The notes: generated from the sequence alone by a model not told the origin. A DNA stretch of 64,000 nt from an uncultured Alphaproteobacteria bacterium (GCA_944389595.1 CALXMY010000004.1:29-64028); one strand, 5' to 3'; counted from the stretch's first letter, positions 1 through 8,294 are shown. Program-made: numbers and translations.

Positions 1-3000
1 CCTCATCGACTGGTGTGTCAACAATTTCGTCCGCGTCATCCGCAACGCGCGACGCATCATCAGCGGCGGAACTAGTGGCACGTGCTGCATCATCGGCGGA
101 ATCAGCTGCACGTGCCGCATCGTCGGCATTATTTGTTGCCGCGGTCGGGGCGGATGTTGATGACGGTGCGGCATCCGCTGCATTGGTTGCGGCCGATGCC
201 GGTGTGGTGGGTGCCCCCGGAACATCGCCACCCAATTCACGAATACGTTGTTGTTGTTGCGCAATTTGACGATCAACATCCTGGACATCATATCTTGTCG
301 CGCCCTGGCGTAATACCTGTTGACCATTACGATTTGTCGTATACAATCCGGCACGATGTTGTTGTAAACGTTCTAATTCTGCCTGGGCAGTTTGTAATTC
401 ATCCAATCTGTACGCTTCGGCCTTGGCTGCATCCAGTGCCTCGTCTGACGGATTTCCCAATTGATTTAATAAAGTTTGACGCTCCTGGCGAACAGTTGTT
501 AATTGACGGCGAATGTCCTCGGCTTCGCTTGCACTTGGATTTGCCCGTTGGCGTGCTAATAATTGTTCCTCTTGAATGTTCAAATCATCCAAACGTTTTG
601 CCTGGGCACGTGTCAATGTCAACGCAACATCATCGGCATTGCGCGCGGCCACATTGCCAACACGATTCGCCAACGCCCGTGATGATCGTGTTAATCCATT
701 TATTACCCCTTTGCCTATGGCGGTTACAACAGATGCAACAGATAATACATTTCCAACTGTTTCCCATACATCTTCGGGTTCCCATGAATCCGCATCCCAG
801 AAACTTAATTTGTTACCTGACAAACTTAAATCGTTATTAAATTCCGCGGCAATTTTTTCAATTGTTTCATTCGGTAATAAATTAATCAATCTTTCCAATT
901 CTGAATCAATGGCATTAAGTTGCTCTTGGGTGAAATTATTTTGTAAATTTGCTAACCTTTGCAGATTTTCTTTAATCATTTTTTCCGCACATGATGCGTC
1001 ATGACATTTATTTGATTCTGTCAAGAAATCGTATGCGGCCTGATATTGTTTTTCTACTGCGACAACAGCCATTGTGCCACCAACCGCCTCTATACCAACC
1101 AAAACCACCGCAACGGTTCCTGTGCCGGCGGTTACAATTGACAAAGCCGCTGCCCCAACAATACCGGCAACTTGCCCGGTTATTTCTAATCCACGTTGCA
1201 AATTTGTTGCATGTTCTGAACTGGGCAATTCACAGATTTCTTCTGTGGGATTCCATTTCACTGTTTTGCATTCTGGACAATTTGTTAAATTTGTATCGCG
1301 CAAAGTATCGCATTGTTTTTGATCCAGATTTATACAATGTTTCCCATCATACGTTCCACCAATTACTATGCAGTCCATTTGTTGTTTGGCGGATTTTAAA
1401 TTATAATCTTTGCCTTCTGATAAATCATCGAATATAAAACTGATTGGTTCTCCATTAATATGACATGTTAATACATCATCTGTTACGCCCAAACTGCCGT
1501 TTAAACCCTCCTCTTTCACAGGAACCGAAGCGGCATTACATTCACAAGATTCCAGTTTCGTCGGCTTTATCGCATTTTCTACGTACGTGCATATTTGTCT
1601 AACTAAATCGTCATTCAGATATGTTTGCATATTGTAAAAATGTCTGATATCTATATTTGCAGCCAAACTTTGCTGCTCTGCTCTGTCACGCGTAACTGCA
1701 TTATTAAACGCGCATACATCTTTTTGTTCTTTACCCTTTGCTATACCTGACGTATAGCCAAATTTTGCACTGGTTTCAGCAATTTTATCACATGTATCCG
1801 TATTGTTTGTTGCACAATAATCTGGCCAAGAATACCCAGGATCTATAACAATTCCAACGCCATTTGTCCGTGGTGGCACAATACCAGATTTAACAAATTC
1901 TGTTCCATACAGTGCACATATTGATTCTTTGATACTGTGTTCAATGTTATTGTCCCCAGTGGCATCAATTTTTTTAAATCTAAACTCATAAAATCTTTTA
2001 TTGTCTGCTGATGTGCATTGCAAATAATCATGTTTGCTTAATATTGAACCGGTCGAACGCGGGGTGTCATTACAACTGATACCGGAATCGCCATATTTAA
2101 TTCTGGCAAATTCCTGGGCCAATGCAATCGCACTTGTTGGCTGCAGACGTTTATCTTTGAAAAAATCTTCTTCGCATATTTCTGTGCCACCTGTTTTTTT
2201 GGCATCATCGCCACATACAGCATAATATTTAATGCTGGTGCCGCTTTGACCGGGACTGCAACGACATTTACCATTCGTCAACCCTGCACCATCGTATTCG
2301 CAATTTTCTTGTTGCGCCCTGTCTTTACAGAATTGAATGCATTCTTCGACTGTATCATTATTATAGGCCAGCGAATATTCCTGATACGGACATTTTTGTA
2401 ATGTTGTATCTGCAGTTGGTTTTTCTGTGTTCAATACACAATTACCGGAATCGTCTTTTTTATACCCATCGTCACATTCGGTACACATGCCGCCACTAAG
2501 TTTATACCCTGTTTTACATTTATCGGCACTGCATGAACAGGTGCCCCCGACATCCACGCCATCACGTCTTGTGCCACTTTTAAATTTAAATATATGTCCG
2601 ACGGCCACATTCCCGTAACTGCACGAATCGCCCACACGTTTGCCCGCCGCACCGCGGAAACGCGGATTTTCCGATGGACATAACAATGTATCAACACATT
2701 CGCCATCTTGCCATTCATACCCATCGCCCCGATTGGTACAGTCATCAATTTGTTGTTGCAATTCCGCATGAGCGGCGGCGATGGCGGCATTTATGTCATC
2801 AACACATTTCTGATATAACGATTGTTGTGTTTCCAGGTCATAGTGCGACAAATCTGGGATTTCTGTTGCGGTATAATCCAATTCTGATAATCCGCTTATG
2901 TATGTAATATAATCGTTCATTTTTTCCCGACATTCGGCATTATCCATATTTTTAATAAAATCCAAATGTTGGTTCAGCAAACTATTAAATTCATCTATCA

Positions 3001-4123
3001 TTTGTTGATGCGATGAAATACATTGATTCAATTGTGCCCGCAATTCATCCAAATCATATTCGATAACCGGCAAACTGGCGGTATTTGCCATTTCATCGGT
3101 TATCGGTTCTAAATTATTTATAAACGCGATATAATCGGAAAATTGTTCCCTGCATTCGGGGGTGATTGTTGCGATAAATTCACTGTGTTGATTTAATAAT
3201 TCATTATATTCAGCAATTAATTGTGCATTTTCATCAATTGCTGTTAATAAAGCACTTTGATTTTCATCTATTTCCGATTCGATGGCTTGTAAATTGCTGT
3301 TATATTCATTCGTTATTTCACGACTGCGTTCCTGGGGTGCGTCCTTATTTATAACCATATTTGCGACGGCACTGCCAACCGCCCCAATTCCGGCGGCAAT
3401 TGCCCCGGATTTTAATTGTTCGGCGGTTTCAGATTTCATCGCCGCCCATTCGGCCGCATCGTCGCCCCCAGTATTCGTTAATGCCCGCGAAACAGATGCG
3501 TATGCACCATCTGTTATGCCGATGGATTCATTGTTGTATAAATTATGTTGCGTTGCGTCCAAAATAGTTTCGGATTCAATCCCAGACGGCAATCCCAATG
3601 ATTCTTTGCGAATTTTTATATCTGCGGCCAAATCCATATATTCCGTGCGTAATGTCAGCAAAGTGTTTGCACCCGGCAATGTTATATTTGTTTCACCGCC
3701 CTGAATATTTGCGCCCGCGCCATAATCACACCGGAATGTCGCCAAATATGCCGACATATCACGCTGCGCCGCCGCATCGGCCGATTGTTCCGCCATGGCC
3801 GCGCCCAATTGCATTGCACCAATGCCCGTTGTTGCCATGGCCGCCCCGCCCAGCATACGATTTTCCAATGATTGCTCGGTTTCGTGCATGGCATCGGCAT
3901 TTTCCTGTAAATCAGCCTGATATTGGCGGTTTAAATTTTCCGCATCTTGTACAGATTGTTCCAATGCCTGATATGCGGCCAATATTTCCGGCGCAATGTT
4001 ATCGGAATTTGATATATCAATACTGCTTAATAACTCACGGGCGGCCGGTATATCCGCGGCATATACCGGTAATGCGGAAAAAATCCCGCAAATCAAGCAA
4101 AAAATTCTTATAGCCCCCCGCAT
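1..4123 (-). CDS. Very large secreted/membrane protein, 3' end outside the window (at least 1374 aa). It has a signal peptide, a helical N-region with an internal duplication, a long Cys-rich domain, hydrophobic membrane segment(s), and a coiled-coil plus Ala/Asp/Ser low-complexity tail. Function unknown.
   Basis: My hand translation of the minus strand from ATG 4123 (MRGAIRIFCLICGIFSALPVYAADIP...) stays open to base 1. It is not in the ORF track because no stop lies in the window. The four listed minus ORFs between 1843 and 3900 are all in another frame. Cys-rich stretch example: CSCSADKCKTGYKLSGGMCTECDDGYKKDDSGNC. Hydrophobic run: GQVAGIVGAAALSIVTAGTGTVAVVLVGIEAVGGTMAVVAV. Confidence 0.8.
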   Translation of the reverse strand, partial: MRGAIRIFCLICGIFSALPVYAADIPAARELLSSIDISNSDNIAPEILAAYQALEQSVQDAENLNRQYQADLQENADAMHETEQSLENRMLGGAAMATTGIGAMQLGAAMAEQSADAAAQRDMSAYLATFRCDYGAGANIQGGETNITLPGANTLLTLRTEYMDLAADIKIRKESLGLPSGIESETILDATQHNLYNNESIGITDGAYASVSRALTNTGGDDAAEWAAMKSETAEQLKSGAIAAGIGAVGSAVANMVINKDAPQERSREITNEYNSNLQAIESEIDENQSALLTAIDENAQLIAEYNELLNQHSEFIATITPECREQFSDYIAFINNLEPITDEMANTASLPVIEYDLDELRAQLNQCISSHQQMIDEFNSLLNQHLDFIKNMDNAECREKMNDYITYISGLSELDYTATEIPDLSHYDLETQQSLYQKCVDDINAAIAAAHAELQQQIDDCTNRGDGYEWQDGECVDTLLCPSENPRFRGAAGKRVGDSCSYGNVAVGHIFKFKSGTRRDGVDVGGTCSCSADKCKTGYKLSGGMCTECDDGYKKDDSGNCVLNTEKPTADTTLQKCPYQEYSLAYNNDTVEECIQFCKDRAQQENCEYDGAGLTNGKCRCSPGQSGTSIKYYAVCGDDAKKTGGTEICEEDFFKDKRLQPTSAIALAQEFARIKYGDSGISCNDTPRSTGSILSKHDYLQCTSADNKRFYEFRFKKIDATGDNNIEHSIKESICALYGTEFVKSGIVPPRTNGVGIVIDPGYSWPDYCATNNTDTCDKIAETSAKFGYTSGIAKGKEQKDVCAFNNAVTRDRAEQQSLAANIDIRHFYNMQTYLNDDLVRQICTYVENAIKPTKLESCECNAASVPVKEEGLNGSLGVTDDVLTCHINGEPISFIFDDLSEGKDYNLKSAKQQMDCIVIGGTYDGKHCINLDQKQCDTLRDTNLTNCPECKTVKWNPTEEICELPSSEHATNLQRGLEITGQVAGIVGAAALSIVTAGTGTVAVVLVGIEAVGGTMAVVAVEKQYQAAYDFLTESNKCHDASCAEKMIKENLQRLANLQNNFTQEQLNAIDSELERLINLLPNETIEKIAAEFNNDLSLSGNKLSFWDADSWEPEDVWETVGNVLSVASVVTAIGKGVINGLTRSSRALANRVGNVAARNADDVALTLTRAQAKRLDDLNIQEEQLLARQRANPSASEAEDIRRQLTTVRQERQTLLNQLGNPSDEALDAAKAEAYRLDELQTAQAELERLQQHRAGLYTTNRNGQQVLRQGATRYDVQDVDRQIAQQQQRIRELGGDVPGAPTTPASAATNAADAAPSSTSAPTAATNNADDAARAADSADDAARATSSAADDASRVADDADEIVDTPVDE

Positions 4124-4126
4124 TCC

Positions 4127-4246
4127 CGTGCCGAATTTAAAGGTTGGTTTATTTTCGGCACAAAATTGTTGACTAAATATGCCGAAATTTCGTATTATTT
4201 GGTAAGTAATTAATACGAAAATAAACCAACCTTTAAATTCGGCACG
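4127..4246. repeat. Perfect 31-bp inverted repeat (arms 4127-4157 and 4216-4246) around a 58-nt spacer, directly upstream of the large gene's ATG
   Basis: The left arm is cgtgccgaatttaaaggttggtttattttcg. The right arm cgaaaataaaccaacctttaaattcggcacg is its exact reverse complement; I checked this base by base. Confidence 0.9.
4169..4198 (+). promoter_or_regulatory. Possible sigma70-type promoter inside the inverted-repeat spacer (TTGACT-N18-TATTAT), pointing toward lysS
   Basis: Hexamers read directly from the sequence. The 18-nt spacing is slightly long, and there is no experimental support. Confidence 0.3.
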
Positions 4247-4404
4247 ATTTTTAATCAATTTTCCAATAAATATCGCTTTACTTTCTGGGTTTTGTTTGTA
4301 ATAATAGCGGGCAACTGGTCGATATCAGTTTTAAACATGGGACGAAAAGCATGTTAAATATAAAAAAATTTTTTTATTAATATGGTGCGACCATCTGAAA
4401 ATTG

Positions 4405-4434
4405 ACGGACGCACTTTTCATGCGTCCGTTTTTT
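4405..4434 (+). terminator. Intrinsic-terminator-like hairpin (9-bp stem acggacgca/tgcgtccgt, 7-nt loop, T-run) about 30 nt upstream of the lysS start
   Basis: Stem complementarity and T-run read directly. No plus-strand CDS lies upstream for it to terminate. Confidence 0.55.
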
Positions 4435-4463
4435 ACTTTTAACACCAACAAGGGAAAAAACAA

Positions 4464-5939
4464 ATGTCTGAAAACACAAACAACACGAAAATATCAACCA
4501 ATGAATTACAGGCTCGCCTGCAAAAGGCTGAAAACATTCGCGCACGCGACGGTGTTGTTTGGAAAGACAAATACGAACGCACCCACACAATTGCCGATGC
4601 ACGCGAATTGCCGGATGGAACACATGTTCGTTTGGCCGGCCGCATAACCGCACTGCGTTGGTTGGGCAAATTGATGTTTGGCCGAATTTATGACATTAAC
4701 GGCGAAATCCAGTTTTCCATGTCGCGCGAGGAACTGGGCGAAGAACAATACAAATTTATGAAGGCCAATGTCGATATGGGGGATTTTATCGGGATTGACG
4801 GCGAATTATATCATACTACCGCCGGCGAATTAACTGTGCGCGTTGCAAAATATGATATTTTGGCCAAAGCGTTGCGCCCATTGCCGGAAAAATTCCATGG
4901 ACTGACCGATATGGAAACACGTTATCGCCAACGCTATTTGGATATTATTTCCAATCCGGATTCACGCAATGCGTTATTGGGGCGTTTTAAAATGACGCAA
5001 CATTGGCGCGATTTTATGAACGATCACGGATTTTTAGAAATTGAAACACCTATTATGCAGAATATCGCCAGTGGCGCGGCGGCACGTCCGTTTACAACGC
5101 ACCACAATGCATTAAATGCAGATTTCCAATTGCGTATATCACCGGAATTATTTTTAAAGGAAGCCATTGGTGCCGGATTCGACCGCGTGTACGAGGTTGC
5201 CAAGGATTTCCGCAACGAAGGCATGGATGCCATGCATTTACAGGAATTTACCATGGTCGAATGGTACGCAGCATATTGGGATTTTAAGAAAAATATACAA
5301 TTCACATGGGATTTAATCCAATATTTATTGCAAAAATGCCGTGGCACACTGCAAATTGAATACCAAGGCACCAAATTGGACTTTTCAAAATATGAAATGA
5401 TTGACTATACCGCAAAAATGAACGAATTTTTTGGCTGCAACATTTTGGATTTTGAAAATGTTGATGAATTACGCGACAAACTGGTTTCGGCCGGAATGTT
5501 CCCCGCGGATGAATTGGATGATTTGAAATCACTGCCGGCATTGGTTGATTATGTGTACAAGCGTAAAATACGCGATAAAATTGTAAATCCAACTTTCTTG
5601 TACAATTATCCGGCATATATGGTGCCACTGGCGCGCCGCAATGACGATGATGCGCGTCGTATTGATATGTATCAATTATTAGTATGTGGTGCCGAATTAT
5701 GCAAAGGCTATTCCGAATTGGTTAACCCAATCCAACAATTGGCCGCTTTTGAAGAACAGGCCAAAAATATCGCCGATGGTGACGAAGAAGCGTTTAATCC
5801 TGACAACGATTTTGTTCGCGCAATGGAACACGGTTTCCCACCGATTTCCGGCGTTGGAATGGGGGTCGACAGATTGGCCAGCATCATATTTGACCAACCA
5901 ACACTGCGCGACGTGGTGTTATTTCCAATAATGAAATAA
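4464..5939 (+). CDS. lysS: Lysine--tRNA ligase, class II
   Basis: 491-aa ORF with ATG confirmed at 4464. It shows the N-terminal OB-fold region and the class II core (…FLEIETPIM…, …EFTMVEWY…, …GVGMGVDRL…) typical of LysS. Confidence 0.93.
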   Translation: MSENTNNTKISTNELQARLQKAENIRARDGVVWKDKYERTHTIADARELPDGTHVRLAGRITALRWLGKLMFGRIYDINGEIQFSMSREELGEEQYKFMKANVDMGDFIGIDGELYHTTAGELTVRVAKYDILAKALRPLPEKFHGLTDMETRYRQRYLDIISNPDSRNALLGRFKMTQHWRDFMNDHGFLEIETPIMQNIASGAAARPFTTHHNALNADFQLRISPELFLKEAIGAGFDRVYEVAKDFRNEGMDAMHLQEFTMVEWYAAYWDFKKNIQFTWDLIQYLLQKCRGTLQIEYQGTKLDFSKYEMIDYTAKMNEFFGCNILDFENVDELRDKLVSAGMFPADELDDLKSLPALVDYVYKRKIRDKIVNPTFLYNYPAYMVPLARRNDDDARRIDMYQLLVCGAELCKGYSELVNPIQQLAAFEEQAKNIADGDEEAFNPDNDFVRAMEHGFPPISGVGMGVDRLASIIFDQPTLRDVVLFPIMK

Positions 5940-5955
5940 TGGGGACGAAATCAAA

Positions 5956-7371
5956 ATGTCATCATATTCAGACAGTTTTTATGCAGTGGATTTAACCGCT
6001 GATAATGACAGAAAAAATCTGGCCATAATTGAACAGGCACGTAAAAACGGGCGCATAAATGACGAAGCCGCCAAATATTTATCTGAATTATATTCAGATG
6101 GATTAATGTGGTTCCGCGAAGTGTTCTATTTCCTGGGCAAATGTTTTGGCGCACCCAAGGCACCGGTTATGCGATATGATTATGCCACCGACAGCGCGAT
6201 TGATAAACCTATTCGTATTTCGGACATAAATCCTTTATCGCCATATATTGTGCATCATCGTTTGGATATGGACCCCATGCGAAATCAATTTTTTACCAGT
6301 GGCGCGGGGCATAAAATTGATTTGGCGGTATCATCAATTGTCACGGTTATTGTCGGTTCACAAAAAAATGTGGAACGTGCATTGGAAAAGGTTACCGGAA
6401 AATATTATACCGCATATGTCGATGATGTGTGCGATACTGTATACCGCGTAATCAGTGCGCATGACCGCGAAAAATCCGCTGTGGCGGTGGCGGACAAAGT
6501 GCGCAAAAAACTGACTGAACAATATATATCAACACCGGCCGAAACGGTATTATCAATTATTGGTTCCGGGCACGAAGAAATCGCCGTTGAATTGGTGCGC
6601 GCATTGGACCAGGTACGCCGTCCGCGTATGCGTCTGCAGGATGTGTGGCGTGTTAAATGCCTGTTTGATTTAATTCCCCAGGCGCGCACTTTTATCGAAC
6701 GCGTATGCGAAATGATGCCTGATCGGATTTTATCTGTGCGTGATAATTTTTACGATATGAAAAATCCGCGCAATTACCGCGATGCTAAATTGATAATCGA
6801 TATCGGTAAAAATGGGCACGTTGTACCCATGGAAATTATATGCCAGGTTCGCACGTTTTTCGAATTTGAACGCAAAACCCATGGGAATTACGAAATTGCG
6901 CGCAAATCGGAAACAAAAAAAATTGCAAAAGATGAATCAACAAACGTTGCCATCGGGGCCCGCGAACATGAACTGGGGGTCAAAGAATATAATTTGATGA
7001 TATGCCAATGTTTAGAAGATTTGTTTGATCGCGTTGGATGGAATATTTTATACAGCCAGGGAAACGGTGTATCCATGTTTGACGGATTCCCAAAACCATG
7101 CAAATTGTATTACCCGCCAAAAATTTTGGATATAATCAGTGACAAACTGGACACGGCGATTGAAAATGAAGTATTTCACATTAATAATGCACCCGCTAAA
7201 TTAACCCAGGCACAGGAAAGCGAAATCTTTCATTTTATGGCCCGATTCATATTGGTATCTGCGATGCCGTATTTCGGACATGATTGGGCGATACCATTGG
7301 ACACAATGGCAGGGAAATTATTCAATTTCGTTATGACCGAAGTTCAACGATATTACAAAAAAAATCAGTAA
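5956..7371 (+). CDS. Hypothetical protein with a candidate RelA/SpoT-like (alarmone-synthetase-type) nucleotidyltransferase core in its C-terminal half
   Basis: 471-aa ORF starting 16 nt after lysS. The segment DVWRVKCLF...NYRDAKLIIDI...VPMEIICQVRTFFEFERKTHGNYEIARK resembles the G[YF]R..H…vEiQiRT…H..YK pattern of PF04607. This is a motif-level match only. Confidence 0.4.
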   Translation: MSSYSDSFYAVDLTADNDRKNLAIIEQARKNGRINDEAAKYLSELYSDGLMWFREVFYFLGKCFGAPKAPVMRYDYATDSAIDKPIRISDINPLSPYIVHHRLDMDPMRNQFFTSGAGHKIDLAVSSIVTVIVGSQKNVERALEKVTGKYYTAYVDDVCDTVYRVISAHDREKSAVAVADKVRKKLTEQYISTPAETVLSIIGSGHEEIAVELVRALDQVRRPRMRLQDVWRVKCLFDLIPQARTFIERVCEMMPDRILSVRDNFYDMKNPRNYRDAKLIIDIGKNGHVVPMEIICQVRTFFEFERKTHGNYEIARKSETKKIAKDESTNVAIGAREHELGVKEYNLMICQCLEDLFDRVGWNILYSQGNGVSMFDGFPKPCKLYYPPKILDIISDKLDTAIENEVFHINNAPAKLTQAQESEIFHFMARFILVSAMPYFGHDWAIPLDTMAGKLFNFVMTEVQRYYKKNQ

Positions 7372-7383
7372 ATAAAATATGTT

Positions 7384-7425
7384 GCGCCCCAGGAAATAAA
7401 ACAAATTATGCCGGGGGCGTTTTTT
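7384..7425 (+). terminator. Probable terminator of the 5956-7371 gene (GC stem cgcccc/ggggcg with a large loop, then a T-run)
   Basis: Imperfect hairpin plus TTTTT read directly from the sequence. Confidence 0.4.
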
Positions 7426-7439
7426 CTTGCAATCTGTAT
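7420..7439 (+). promoter_or_regulatory. 20-nt motif ttttttcttgcaatctgtat containing a TTGCAA -35-like box upstream of the csp gene; an identical copy sits upstream of tRNA-Arg (23034-23053)
   Basis: The two 20-mers are identical by direct comparison, and both precede likely highly expressed genes. Confidence 0.4.
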
Positions 7440-7513
7440 TTATATTGGCAACAATTATTACAGGTTCACAGTATTTTGGGAACCATAACAAGCATAAGAA
7501 AGGAAGGTACATT

Positions 7514-7858
7514 ATGCGTCAAGGTAAAGTAAAATGGTACAATGGTAAAAAATGCTTTGGGTTTATCACACCAGATGCCCCAAATGAAAATGGCAACACA
7601 GACGATGTATTCGTTCATTCCAGTGCGTTAAAGGCCGCCGGCATCCGATTTTTAAATGAAAATGATATTGTCGAATTTGACGAAGAGGTTCGAAACGACA
7701 AATTATCTGTCACAACATTAAAGTTAATTCATCGCGACGAAGAATCCGCCCGCAGATTCCAGGAACGTCGCGCCGAGCGTCGTCGTGCAATTGAAGATCG
7801 CAAACAGCGCGAGGAAAAATCCGAACGTCGTTCCGGATTCGCATTTTGGAAAAAATAA
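7514..7858 (+). CDS. Cold-shock domain (CspA family) protein with a roughly 45-aa basic Arg/Glu-rich C-terminal extension
   Basis: ATG at 7514 is preceded by aaggaagg. MRQGKVKWYNGKKCFGFITPD...VFVHSSAL matches the CSD RNP motifs. The tail is ...RRFQERRAERRRAIEDRKQREEKSERRSGFAFWKK. Confidence 0.85.
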   Translation: MRQGKVKWYNGKKCFGFITPDAPNENGNTDDVFVHSSALKAAGIRFLNENDIVEFDEEVRNDKLSVTTLKLIHRDEESARRFQERRAERRRAIEDRKQREEKSERRSGFAFWKK

Positions 7859-7886
7859 AACATCCGCCATTCGGCGGATGTTTTTT
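7857..7886 (+). terminator. Intrinsic terminator after csp (catccgcc-attc-ggcggatg plus T6)
   Basis: 8-bp stem and T-run read directly. It is A-rich upstream, so it may work in both directions. Confidence 0.8.
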
Positions 7887-8217
7887 ATCATCCTGCGGGT
7901 TCTCGCCCCTTTGCTTTGAGTTCCGCAACAAAAAAATCCACCATTCGGTGGATTTTTATAAAACTTTGGTGCGAGCAAAGTACTTCGCCGTGCTGAACGC
8001 ACGGCTCGCCTCGCAACCCTGCGGGTTCTCGCCCCTTTGCTTTAAATTCCGCAACAAAAAATCCACCATTCGGTGGATTTTTATAAAACTTTGGTGCGAG
8101 CAAAGTACTTCGCCGTGCTGGACGCACGGCTCGCCTCGCAACCCTGCGGGTTCTCGCCCCTTTGCTTTGAGTTCCGCAACAAAAAAATCCACCATTCGGT
8201 GGATTTTTATAAAACTT
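7887..8217. repeat. Tandem repeat of 125-126 bp period, about 2.6 copies, immediately 3' of tRNA-Gly. Each full unit carries a terminator-like hairpin and a copy of the last ~14 nt of the tRNA (ctttgctcgcacca on the tRNA strand).
   Basis: ggtgcgagcaaag recurs at 7968, 8093 and 8219, the last copy being the genuine tRNA end. Units are near-identical, with ctgaacg/ctggacg and ttgagtt/ttaaatt differences. Confidence 0.9.
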
Positions 8218-8294
8218 TGGTGCGAGCAAAGGGGCTCGAACCCTCGACCTCAACCTTGGCAAGGTTGCGCTCTAGCCAACTGAGCTACGCTCGC
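8218..8294 (-). tRNA. tRNA-Gly (anticodon GCC)
   Basis: The reverse complement GCGAGCGTAGCTCAGTTGGCTAGAGCGCAACCTTGCCAAGGTTGAGGTCGAGGGTTCGAGCCCCTTTGCTCGCACCA folds as a cloverleaf. The anticodon loop is TTGCCAA and CCA is encoded. Confidence 0.93.

Noticed and set aside
15-4113. Plus-strand track ORFs across 15-4113 (for example 82-840, 991-1437, 3282-3704, 3598-4113)
   Set aside because: They have odd His/Pro/Arg/Leu-rich shadow-like composition and lie antisense to a continuous >1374-codon minus-strand frame with coherent protein features. I treat them as antisense artefacts.
4300-4463. Lysine riboswitch (L-box) or T-box leader upstream of lysS
   Set aside because: The available leader is too short, and I could not find the conserved L-box or T-box core sequences by eye. 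Only the generic terminator hairpin is supported, and it is reported separately as an orphan terminator.
7887-8217. Possibility that the tandem repeats at the two tRNA loci are CRISPR arrays
   Set aside because: The units are 125-172 bp and near-identical throughout, there is no alternation of conserved repeats with unique spacers, and no cas genes are in the window.
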